A stretch of 34,671 nt of DNA, from IMG/VR virus record IMGVR_UViG_3300046779_000127, positions 1 to 34,671 of that record. One strand, given 5' to 3'. This document shows, one piece after another, positions 1 through 7,688 of this stretch. Source of the DNA: a virus (Duplodnaviria; Caudoviricetes). The position numbers and the translations under genes were made by a program. Position 1 is the stretch's first letter, and every line of letters starts with the position of its first letter. The notes beneath the pieces were generated by a model. The model ran no database searches and was not told the DNA's origin. It saw nothing but the letters and a program-made list of their open reading frames with translations.

Positions 1-127
1 ACAAAGACGCAGAAGAATCTAAAAACAGATGGCAAATCGTTAATTATGAAACTGCCAGCAGAAACGGCGAGCCATTTGAAGCCGTAATTAGAAAGAAAAA
101 TTATTTACCCAATCCGGTTACACGATT
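1..127. repeat. Terminal direct repeat, copy 1 (identical to 34545-34671); assembly circularisation overlap
   Basis: acaaagacgc...cacgatt is identical at both ends. The length of 127 equals a common maximum assembler k-mer, and the repeat lies inside a CDS that reads through the join. Confidence 0.95.
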
Positions 128-626
128 CTGCACAATTGAAATGAAAATCCGCACAATTGCGAATTACCTTTTATCAATTGGATTTTGTGAAACCCGATCC
201 GAAGGCGAATACATGAGTTGGGTTGGAATACGGGCAGATGAGCCCAGACGAGCCGCAAAAATACCACGAGACAGAACTCCATTGGTTACCGCAGGAATTG
301 GAAAAGAAGATGTAGGTAATTTTTGGAAATCTCAGCCGTTTGATTTGCAACTGCCAAACTTTAATGGCGTGACATACCACGGTAATTGTGACCTTTGTTT
401 TCTTAAAGGCGAATCACAGACCAGAAGTTTAATTGCTGAAAAACCAGATCGTGCAATTTGGTGGGCAAAAATGGAGGCGCTGGCGCTGGCGCTGGCAAGC
501 AAGCCTGATGGTGCGCGTTTCAGAAAAGACAGAGATTCATACCAATCAATGTATGAATTTGCTCAAAATCAAATGCCAATGTTTGACAATCCTGACGAAT
601 CAATCCCTTGTTTTTGCGGAGATTAA
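1..626 (+). CDS. PAPS reductase/DndC-like PP-loop family protein, 3' part (continues from 34328 across the circular join; about 280 aa in total)
   Basis: In frame with 34328-34544. Motifs RFCTxxMK, GIRADE, NCDLCFLK and C-terminal CFCGD. Confidence 0.85.
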   Translation, partial: KDAEESKNRWQIVNYETASRNGEPFEAVIRKKNYLPNPVTRFCTIEMKIRTIANYLLSIGFCETRSEGEYMSWVGIRADEPRRAAKIPRDRTPLVTAGIGKEDVGNFWKSQPFDLQLPNFNGVTYHGNCDLCFLKGESQTRSLIAEKPDRAIWWAKMEALALALASKPDGARFRKDRDSYQSMYEFAQNQMPMFDNPDESIPCFCGD

Positions 627-1055
627 ATGACTTTTATGCTTCACTTCCACGTTGAGGGCACACCAGTCCCCAAAAAACGACCCAGATTCCGTCAGTTCAA
701 CGGCATCGTCCAGTCCTACACCGACAAGGGAACCCGGACGTATGAAGATCATGTGCGTCTGACCTCCCAAAGCGCCATGGGATCGAACGAACCGCTAGAA
801 ACCCCTGTAGGCGTTTATCTATACATCAGGCTGGGTATCCCTAAGTCGCACTCCAAAAAGCGCACAGAGGACTGTTTAACGGGCTTAGAGAAGCCAATTA
901 AGAAGCCAGACATCGACAACCTTGCAAAATCCCTTTTGGATGGCATGAATGGAGTGGTTTTTAAGGACGATTCACAGATTGTTTCGTTGCACTGCACAAA
1001 GGTGTATTCGAGTGAGCCTGGCGTTGACATCATGGTAAAGGAGGAACTGGAATGA
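627..1055 (+). CDS. rusA: RusA-like Holliday junction resolvase
   Basis: N-terminal G-x-PVPKKRPRF, KPDIDNLAKSLLDGMNGVVFKDDSQIV catalytic motif. Confidence 0.9.
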   Translation: MTFMLHFHVEGTPVPKKRPRFRQFNGIVQSYTDKGTRTYEDHVRLTSQSAMGSNEPLETPVGVYLYIRLGIPKSHSKKRTEDCLTGLEKPIKKPDIDNLAKSLLDGMNGVVFKDDSQIVSLHCTKVYSSEPGVDIMVKEELE

Positions 1056-1204
1056 GCGAAAAGATTGATCTAAACCCGTATGAAACTGAAGTACGGAATA
1101 GAACCATTGAGGAGATTGCCCGAGCAATTGAGCAATTTAAGGCTTTTGGGCCAAATACATTGGCTAGTTTTGCTGTGTTTATAAGGAGCATGAAACGTGA
1201 GTGA
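1052..1204 (+). CDS. Small hypothetical protein, 50 aa (MSEKIDLNPYETEVRNRTIEEIARAIEQF...), not in ORF track
   Basis: ATGA overlap with rusA stop, GAGGA RBS, translated by hand. Confidence 0.75.
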   Translation: MSEKIDLNPYETEVRNRTIEEIARAIEQFKAFGPNTLASFAVFIRSMKRE

Positions 1205-1292
1205 TTGGCCTTTCCCACCCTTTCCGTTACCTCCGTACAAAGAACCTCGGGGGCCGAAATATCCGTCTGACGCAGAGGATGCGCCGTGGTGA
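1197..1292 (+). CDS. Small Pro-rich hypothetical protein, 31 aa (MSDWPFPPFPLPPYKEPRGPKYPSDAEDAPW)
   Basis: GTG start 8 nt after AAGGAG; fills the gap and overlaps both neighbours. Confidence 0.6.
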   Translation: MSDWPFPPFPLPPYKEPRGPKYPSDAEDAPW

Positions 1293-1486
1293 CAAAAAGA
1301 ATCACGATTCCAATTGATGGGAATATTGATGCGATTAAAGACGCATTACAAAAACAGTTGGGCATTTCGATGTCTTATCACCAGGTGATTAACTATTTGA
1401 TTAAGTTCTACAGCGACAGACATAAGCCCCGCACAACTTGGGCTGATGTTGTGAGTGAACGAATTAAACAGGATGCGCCTTTGTGA
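1286..1486 (+). CDS. Hypothetical protein, possible ribbon-helix-helix DNA-binding protein
   Basis: GAGGA RBS; N-terminal KRITIPI beta-strand followed by two predicted helices. Confidence 0.6.
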   Translation: MVTKRITIPIDGNIDAIKDALQKQLGISMSYHQVINYLIKFYSDRHKPRTTWADVVSERIKQDAPL

Positions 1487-1581
1487 ATGACGCCACCGAA
1501 TCATTGCTGATTTTGTTTGGCTTAATTGGCTTGGTTGGGTTTGTTTTCTTTTTAATAGTGCTTGTAATGGTGAAAAAATGA
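1483..1581 (+). CDS. Small single-pass membrane protein, 32 aa (MNDATESLLILFGLIGLVGFVFFLIVLVMVKK)
   Basis: GTGA/ATGA overlaps on both sides; hydrophobic stretch ending in KK. Confidence 0.6.
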   Translation: MNDATESLLILFGLIGLVGFVFFLIVLVMVKK

Positions 1582-1718
1582 ATGATGAAACAGAAGAATT
1601 GAAAGCATTGGTTTGGTGGCAAAAGAAACGCCACTATCGTTTGATGGGCGCTCCTGATTGCCGTGATCCAGACCATCCCGGTTGCGAAAGATGTATGGAT
1701 GAGGAGGACGATGAATGA
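1578..1718 (+). CDS. Small hypothetical protein, 46 aa, with CRDPDHPGCERC putative metal-binding motif
   Basis: ATGA overlaps at both ends; Cys/His cluster and acidic tail. Confidence 0.7.
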   Translation: MNDETEELKALVWWQKKRHYRLMGAPDCRDPDHPGCERCMDEEDDE

Positions 1719-2044
1719 GCCCCGAAAAAGCCGCAGAATCCATCCGAGAAAAAGCGCCTCGATTTGGTCAGGCAAAAGGGCGCAGAACGTATCTGGAGGA
1801 GTACAGAAGGGTTCAGAAAGCCATTTTGATGAAAGATGCGCTCACCAAAGGGATAGAGGCAGCAAACGCCCAGGAGCGTGAAGCACTAGCCGATCCTGAA
1901 TACCAAAGCCTGTTGACAGACCTTCAGGGGGCGGTGGAGGTTGAGGAAACGCTCAAATGGGAACTGGAAAGCCATCGGCTAGACATTGAGATTTGGCGAA
2001 CCCGTCAGGCAAGCGCTAGGCTACAGATCAAGAGTCACGAATGA
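1715..2044 (+). CDS. Hypothetical coiled-coil phage protein (109 aa)
   Basis: GAGGAGG RBS, ATGA-coupled to both neighbours, helical composition. Confidence 0.8.
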   Translation: MSPEKAAESIREKAPRFGQAKGRRTYLEEYRRVQKAILMKDALTKGIEAANAQEREALADPEYQSLLTDLQGAVEVEETLKWELESHRLDIEIWRTRQASARLQIKSHE

Positions 2045-2715
2045 AAATAACAATTGGTGATGCAACGCTTTACCTGGGCGATTGCATGGACATTTTGCCA
2101 ACTTTAGACAAGGTGGATGCGGTGATTACTGACCCGCCTTATGGGATAAACGAAAACAGCAAAAAAGTAGCAAGCCGTGGAAAACTTGCCGCACCTAAAG
2201 ACTATGGCGATTTTGATTGGGACAAAGCTCCACCACCTGATGAGTTGATTGAACTAATAAGAACAAAAGGTCAGCACCAGGCGTTTTTTGGTGGTAACTA
2301 TTTCACTCTACCGCCAACATCATGTTGGCTGGTTTGGGACAAGCTCAATGGCGACAATGATTTTGCGGATTGCGAGTTGGCCTGGACTAATTGGCCTAAA
2401 GCTGTAAGGCGTTTGCAGTGGCGCTGGAATGGGATGATTCGTCAAGGCAATGAGGAGCGTTATCACCCAACTCAAAAGCCAATTGGCGTAATGAAATGGG
2501 TTATTGAACTTTGCCCTAAAGCCGAAACAATCCTAGACCCATTTATGGGAAGTGGTACAACAGGCATTGCGGCAATTCAAATGGGGCGCAAGTTCATTGG
2601 CATAGAACGAGAACCAAAATACTTTGACATAGCCTGTAAACGCATAGAACAAGCATCTAGGCAGGTAGATATGTTTATTGAACAACCAAAACAGGAACAA
2701 ACAAGTTTTCTATGA
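2041..2715 (+). CDS. DNA N6-adenine/N4-cytosine methyltransferase (beta class)
   Basis: DPPY catalytic motif before HPTQKP and the DPFMGSGTTG SAM-binding motif. Confidence 0.92.
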   Translation: MKITIGDATLYLGDCMDILPTLDKVDAVITDPPYGINENSKKVASRGKLAAPKDYGDFDWDKAPPPDELIELIRTKGQHQAFFGGNYFTLPPTSCWLVWDKLNGDNDFADCELAWTNWPKAVRRLQWRWNGMIRQGNEERYHPTQKPIGVMKWVIELCPKAETILDPFMGSGTTGIAAIQMGRKFIGIEREPKYFDIACKRIEQASRQVDMFIEQPKQEQTSFL

Positions 2716-3083
2716 AGTTCCCCAAAACCCAATACGTCAGGAGCAAAAAACTGCTCAAACTGGTTGCAGGTCTGGACTGCCAATGGTGCGGGTCAGGCCA
2801 GCAAGTACAGGCGGCTCACAGCAATTGGGGCGGCGGGAAAGGGCGGGGGATAAAGGCAAGCGACAACGAAATTGCCGCGCTTTGCTTCTGGTGTCACTAC
2901 CAGATTGACCAGGGTAAGGAATTGTCCAAAGAGGAGCGAAAAAACAGGTGGGAACAGGCCCACCTGAAAACTCTCCAGAGTTTGGCAACTGCCGGGTTAT
3001 GGCCCGAGGAGATTCCGTTTACGGATCAGTACTTACGCATATTGGGCAAAGGGGCGTCTTTCTGTGAGCCTCCCTGCGGGTGA
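2712..3083 (+). CDS. Zn-binding His-Me/HNH-like putative nuclease (DUF968/YbcO-like)
   Basis: CQWCG...AAHSN...ALCFWCH pattern; typical position in the nin-like region. Confidence 0.65.
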   Translation: MKFPKTQYVRSKKLLKLVAGLDCQWCGSGQQVQAAHSNWGGGKGRGIKASDNEIAALCFWCHYQIDQGKELSKEERKNRWEQAHLKTLQSLATAGLWPEEIPFTDQYLRILGKGASFCEPPCG

Positions 3084-3235
3084 GCGCGATCCATAGGCAT
3101 TTTCTCGTGTGCCTTGAGTTCCTTTTCCAAAGCAGCAATCTTGCGTGCTTCTTTTACATACTCTTTTTCAATCAGATACTCTTTGGGCTCGTCATTACGG
3201 GCCTTGGCGCGTGCAATAGTCATTTTGGTTGCCAT
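3026..3235 (-). CDS. Hypothetical basic protein (69 aa), last gene of the late operon
   Basis: AAGGAG RBS; begins 2 nt after the endolysin stop. Confidence 0.7.
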   Translation of the reverse strand: MATKMTIARAKARNDEPKEYLIEKEYVKEARKIAALEKELKAHEKMPMDRAHPQGGSQKDAPLPNMRKY

Positions 3236-3237
3236 GA

Positions 3238-3669
3238 TTACTCCTTGTAAATACGGGTTCCGGTTTTGTCAATGATAAGGGCTTGTCGGCGCGGTGTGTC
3301 GGCAATTGTGTTGGGAACAGAAATATGTGTCCAACGGTCAAATTCTCGAATGATTTGGTCGTAGCCAATCCCAGAGGCAATCACAGCCTTGACCACCTCA
3401 TCTGGGGTCATGCCGGGAACCCGAATGTCAGCAGCGCAGCCGATACGATGCTGAGAAGTATCTTTAGACCCCACAGCATCATTGACTTGCTTACAGCGGA
3501 ATGCTGAATTGACCATGATGGGTTTCCCTCCAAGTACATCCTTGACCTGCTCAAGAAACTCTGCCAGCCGTTTAAGGTTATTTTTCTCTGCGTCATTGGG
3601 GGTGTTGTCAAACTCACGGTGATCCGTGTGCGTCAGTTCTTCTAGGGTGAAATGAGGAGAAAGGTTCAC
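3238..3669 (-). CDS. Endolysin, peptidase M15A family
   Basis: LSPHFTLEEL start, SAFRC..VN..VG, SQHxxGxAAD and WTHIS Zn-ligand motifs. Confidence 0.9.
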   Translation of the reverse strand: MNLSPHFTLEELTHTDHREFDNTPNDAEKNNLKRLAEFLEQVKDVLGGKPIMVNSAFRCKQVNDAVGSKDTSQHRIGCAADIRVPGMTPDEVVKAVIASGIGYDQIIREFDRWTHISVPNTIADTPRRQALIIDKTGTRIYKE

Positions 3670-4070
3670 TTTTTGCCCTTCATATCGATGATTTTCTCAA
3701 GCGTGCGCCCACCAAAGTAAAACGACATGATGAGCATCCCCCATTGTCCCAAAAGCTGGACATAAGATTCATTGGTGTCCATTCCAAAGGCAGACATTAG
3801 GGCAAAAGTGAAATATCCCGCCAGGATCGCTATAAGGGTCATGGGGCGGATATTTTTTGATAACCAAGAGTCACTACCCATGTCGGCCTTGAGGCGCTCT
3901 GTGAGGTTGTTTTGCTCAGTCTCAAATAGCTTAGAGTCGTTTGCTATCCGAGCCAACTCACCATCCTGGGCTAGTTTGGCAAGTTCTAATTGCGCTTTTG
4001 CTTTTGCTTCTGGGTCAGGAATTAGCTTGTCAATTAACTTGCCACCAACGTTTAGCAAAGCGTCTAACAT
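3666..4070 (-). CDS. Holin, 3TM gene-transfer-release family
   Basis: LIDKLIPDPEAKAKAQLEL, WLSKNIRP, two C-terminal TM helices, FYFGGRTLEK; directly upstream of the endolysin. Confidence 0.8.
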   Translation of the reverse strand: MLDALLNVGGKLIDKLIPDPEAKAKAQLELAKLAQDGELARIANDSKLFETEQNNLTERLKADMGSDSWLSKNIRPMTLIAILAGYFTFALMSAFGMDTNESYVQLLGQWGMLIMSFYFGGRTLEKIIDMKGKK

Positions 4071-4339
4071 CATTTTTTCCCCATCTTTTCACGTTCTTCA
4101 AGCAACTGAACTTTGACTTGTAGCTGGTGAATGTCTTTATAAATTTCCTCTTTCATGGCATGACGCCTTTCAGCAGAAATAGGGCTATCTGTTGGCACAC
4201 CTTCTTTGGTAATCAAAGCAGGCATTGATCCCTCGATCTTGGTTAACCGCAAGGAAAAGTCAGATACCTGGCCTAAAAGCCAGGCAAGTGAAGCCACAAT
4301 GACCGGGATAACTGCTTTTAGAACATCTGACCAATTCAT
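4070..4339 (-). CDS. Small membrane protein (N-terminal TM plus coiled coil), lysis-associated candidate
   Basis: VIPVIVASLAWLLG TM segment; coupled to the holin. Confidence 0.7.
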   Translation of the reverse strand: MNWSDVLKAVIPVIVASLAWLLGQVSDFSLRLTKIEGSMPALITKEGVPTDSPISAERRHAMKEEIYKDIHQLQVKVQLLEEREKMGKK

Positions 4340-4491
4340 TTCTCTGCCTTTTTGTTGATAAGTTCAAACAGGGTTTTGACCTTCTCCTCCAAAACAGCAA
4401 CACGCAAATCAAGTTTTGATAGAACAATGATGAGCGTAATGATTGCTAGCAACATGGGCCAGCCTTTGGCAAGAATGTCAAATAAGTCCAT
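4336..4491 (-). CDS. Small membrane protein, 51 aa (MDLFDILAKGWPMLLAIITLIIVLSKLDLRVAVLEEKVKTLFELINKKAEK), not in ORF track
   Basis: Exactly fills the gap with TGATG and ATGA overlaps; TM plus heptad coiled coil. Confidence 0.8.
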   Translation of the reverse strand: MDLFDILAKGWPMLLAIITLIIVLSKLDLRVAVLEEKVKTLFELINKKAEK

Positions 4492-4712
4492 CACTTATCT
4501 GCCTTGTGGTCTAGCTTGGCAAAAATTTGCTTACAGATGTCCTTCAACTCATCTATGTCCCGGTGGTAATCTTCCTTGGTGACATAAACATGAGGCATGG
4601 CACGAACATCCGTGTCTAGTCTCTCAATGGCCTTGGTGATGCTGTTAAGCATCCAACCGCCAAAGAAAGCCGCAATCCCAACAATAATATTGAAGATGTA
4701 TTGCGTTTCCAT
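4491..4712 (-). CDS. Small membrane protein (N-terminal TM plus coiled coil), holin-like candidate
   Basis: IFNIIVGIAAFFGGWML TM segment, YVTKEDY motif, ends LDHKADK. Confidence 0.75.
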   Translation of the reverse strand: METQYIFNIIVGIAAFFGGWMLNSITKAIERLDTDVRAMPHVYVTKEDYHRDIDELKDICKQIFAKLDHKADK

Positions 4713-4713
4713 G

Positions 4714-5256
4714 TTAGGTTTTCATGATGTAGGCGAGGGAATAGTACAAAGGCAGGTTCGTGCCGCCAGAGCCAGCCACAGCAGACGTAAATCCACCAGC
4801 ATTGCCAACAGCATAAGTATTGCCCGCCCCAACCACAAACCGATCACGCAGATCAGGAGTGCCGTTGCTGCCGTTACAGATCACATAACCGGCAGGAATT
4901 GATCCAATAGAACCCGACCACATGATGATTGATCCAGCAGGGACAGACGTACCTGCTGACGTACTAGAAGGGATTGGATACAGGTTGTCGTAGGTTTGGA
5001 TGGTTACAAAGTTTGCATCCTGAAGCACAAACTTATAGGAGTAACCAGACAAAAGCCAAATCTCCTGGGGAGGTCTGCCATCAGTACCCAACACAATTGG
5101 GTTGGTGTTAGATGCCGTACCGTTGGAGTCGGTGTAAGTTGCAATGGGAGTAGATGAACCAGCTTGGTAGGTATAAATCAAACCACCAGCCAAAGGCAAT
5201 CCAGTAGTTGTGAAAAACTGAAAGCCATTACCGATTGGGGAAAGTAGATATGCCAT
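4714..5256 (-). CDS. Short tail appendage protein: virion-attachment N-terminal domain plus tail-collar domain
   Basis: QFFTTTGLPLAGGLIYTYQAGSSTP...NTNPIVL N-domain; GSIIMWSG..IPAGYVICNGSNGTPDLRDRFVVGAG collar motif. Confidence 0.75.
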   Translation of the reverse strand: MAYLLSPIGNGFQFFTTTGLPLAGGLIYTYQAGSSTPIATYTDSNGTASNTNPIVLGTDGRPPQEIWLLSGYSYKFVLQDANFVTIQTYDNLYPIPSSTSAGTSVPAGSIIMWSGSIGSIPAGYVICNGSNGTPDLRDRFVVGAGNTYAVGNAGGFTSAVAGSGGTNLPLYYSLAYIMKT

Positions 5257-7688
5257 TATTTTTCCTTGCTGTATTCAACGAAATCACGAATCTTGTTGAG
5301 CTTCTTGTTGGTTTGCACTTTGCCGTAGATTTGCTTGCCAATCATTGCAACCGGCAACGGAACACCCGTCATAGCCGTTTGTGCGCCCATTTCAGCCATT
5401 GCCGCCAACATGGTTGACGCAGTACCAGACGGGTTGGTTGTGCCGACAGGAACGGTCTGGAGGTCTTTTGTCACCTCGTTCAAAGTGCGGTATTGCTCTG
5501 CGCCTTGCTTGCCAAACAACAACTCAAGTTTGCCGCTACGGTCAAGGTCAACAATCATCTTGTTGAGCCCCTGGGTAGACACATATGGCATCCCGTTAAT
5601 GTCCCGTCCCACGCCTTTTGTTGCCTCATCCTTGATGCGTTGAGCAACATAACCACGCAGTTCGTTAATCATCTGCTGACCTTCTGGGCCAGCTTTCTCC
5701 AACGTGCTGAATAGTTGCAAAACATCTGAGCGTGGGCCTTTGAGCATTGACTTTTCAATCAAATCCTCAATTGCAACGGCGCGTTGGGTAGAACCCTTTT
5801 TCATGGACAGAATGTTCTTAACTACAGGCGTGTCCTCGAACTCGCGCATATAGTCAGCATTCAAACGGCGTGCTTTCTGATACAGAGTGCCACCTTTGCC
5901 CTCGGTCATCTTGTCAATGATGCGGATTGCCTGACGCCCATAATGAGAGTTTGGCCCACTATCTTGCGCCAATACACCAGCCATCTTGCGGATTTCCTCA
6001 AGGTCATTGATAGAAATTTCACCGTCTTTGGCAAGGCGTTTAATCTCGCTACCAACCGCAGAAATAACCGGAGCATTCTTAGCGGCAGATTGATTCTTGT
6101 CCACAAATTCAGACAAGCGGTTAATCTGGACAGGCACATCCATCTGACCGGCTGCGCGTGCGGCATCGTATGCAGTACCGATTGCGTTTTTGCGGGTCTG
6201 CTGATAAGGGCCAATTGCATTCACCAACATCTGACCAACTTCACCTGGCGCGGCTCCAGTAAATTCAGCCCCAGACGTTTCAATAAAGTGGTCTAGGTTC
6301 TTCTGAATCTTCAAGTTGTCATCTGCGTATTTGGCTTGCAAGGCTTGACCCAAAACAGGGTCTTTTGCCGTTTCTCGCGCAAAACGAACATCAGCGGGGT
6401 CGCGGGTTGCCTGATCTTTAGACAACTCAATTGGAACAGGCAGTTCTTTGGCACGCTGAACACGCAGTTTTTCTGGCGTAACTTCAGCCGCCCCAACCCC
6501 GATAAGTTTACGCGCCTCCACATTAGAACCAGGCAGCGGCGTAACAGGCACTTCAGGCGTTGCAGGTGCTGGCGCTTGCGGCAATCCAGCTTTCTTAGCC
6601 TCAAACTGCGCTTGCATTTCAGCAACGGCTTGCGGAGCCATTTGCTGCGGTCTAGCAGTCATTTGTGCCTGAAGTTCTGCCCGCCTTGCGGGAGGAATGT
6701 TTAGGTTTGTCACCGGGCTAGGCGGGGCGGCAGGGGCTTGCACACCAACCGGGGCAGGTGCTTTAAGGCGTGCAAACTGATCCTGTAATTGAGCCTTGGC
6801 AGCAGGTGCTAACGGGGCAAAGCCAGCAACCTCGGGAACCAAAACAGGAGGAATCTTAGAGGCTTCTGCGGCACTGCCCAACGCCCCAAGAATCTCCTGT
6901 CCAGCCTGGGTGCGCGGAGCATAAGTCAACGCCTCTTGGACTTGAGCAGCACGCTGTTTGCCTTGTTGAATTGCTTGTTGCGTTCCAAATTGAGGGCTTG
7001 TTGCAGTCTGATAAATACCAGCCAATGCGCCAGCAGGAGCCGCCAAAGCGCCAGTTACAGCACTCAATCCAGCCTCACCTACGCCTTTTAGCTTGTCGCC
7101 AACAAACTCGGCAAACGTGCCTTGCGGCTGCTTTGCTTGCGCTTGCATCTCCTCAATCATCTGGCGAGGCTTAGACACCTCTTTTTCAGGTTCTTTTTGC
7201 GCTCCTGGCGCTTGTTCAACGCGAGCAGTGCCACGAATCAATTGCTCTAATTCATCGCCAGCAGGTTGAGGTTTTGCTTCTGGTTGACGACCAGGTTCAG
7301 TCCCTTTGACCTTGGCAATGTAACCAGATGGGTCTTTAGTGACAAAGCCACCATAACCAGCAAGCGCCTTGTCTAAGTCGCCGCCGCTTTTGTTGACCAG
7401 TTCGGTTAGATACTTTCTCGCCGCTTCCCGAGATTCTTTTTCATCAAAAGCGTTAAATTTGTATCCCTTACGATGCAGATCAGCAACTGTTTCAGGCATG
7501 AATTGATAGGGGCCAAGCGCCTTAGTCTGCTTGTTGACAGCATAAGGGTCTGAGCCGCTTTCGACCTTCCTCAAACGATCAAGCAACTGATCCGTCACCA
7601 AATTGCTGTAATCTTTTTGAGCAGTTGGTTGAGATGCTGGCTTAGAAGATGGTTGAGAACCGCGAATCAGTTGCTCTAGTTCGTCCAT
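5256..7688 (-). CDS. Large DNA ejection (internal virion) protein with N-terminal lytic transglycosylase domain
   Basis: VESGS...ALGPYQFMPET...ALAGY lysozyme-like motifs; third gene of the ejection cluster (P22 gp16 position). Confidence 0.75.
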   Translation of the reverse strand: MDELEQLIRGSQPSSKPASQPTAQKDYSNLVTDQLLDRLRKVESGSDPYAVNKQTKALGPYQFMPETVADLHRKGYKFNAFDEKESREAARKYLTELVNKSGGDLDKALAGYGGFVTKDPSGYIAKVKGTEPGRQPEAKPQPAGDELEQLIRGTARVEQAPGAQKEPEKEVSKPRQMIEEMQAQAKQPQGTFAEFVGDKLKGVGEAGLSAVTGALAAPAGALAGIYQTATSPQFGTQQAIQQGKQRAAQVQEALTYAPRTQAGQEILGALGSAAEASKIPPVLVPEVAGFAPLAPAAKAQLQDQFARLKAPAPVGVQAPAAPPSPVTNLNIPPARRAELQAQMTARPQQMAPQAVAEMQAQFEAKKAGLPQAPAPATPEVPVTPLPGSNVEARKLIGVGAAEVTPEKLRVQRAKELPVPIELSKDQATRDPADVRFARETAKDPVLGQALQAKYADDNLKIQKNLDHFIETSGAEFTGAAPGEVGQMLVNAIGPYQQTRKNAIGTAYDAARAAGQMDVPVQINRLSEFVDKNQSAAKNAPVISAVGSEIKRLAKDGEISINDLEEIRKMAGVLAQDSGPNSHYGRQAIRIIDKMTEGKGGTLYQKARRLNADYMREFEDTPVVKNILSMKKGSTQRAVAIEDLIEKSMLKGPRSDVLQLFSTLEKAGPEGQQMINELRGYVAQRIKDEATKGVGRDINGMPYVSTQGLNKMIVDLDRSGKLELLFGKQGAEQYRTLNEVTKDLQTVPVGTTNPSGTASTMLAAMAEMGAQTAMTGVPLPVAMIGKQIYGKVQTNKKLNKIRDFVEYSKEK

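Noticed and set aside
1-127. 127-bp terminal repeat as a biological direct terminal repeat
   Set aside because: The length matches a standard assembler k-mer and it falls mid-gene. It indicates circular or permuted assembly, not physical genome ends.
477-494. (GCGCTG)x3 repeat encoding ALALAL as a contingency locus
   Set aside because: Only three in-frame hexamer units; slippage would not switch the frame.
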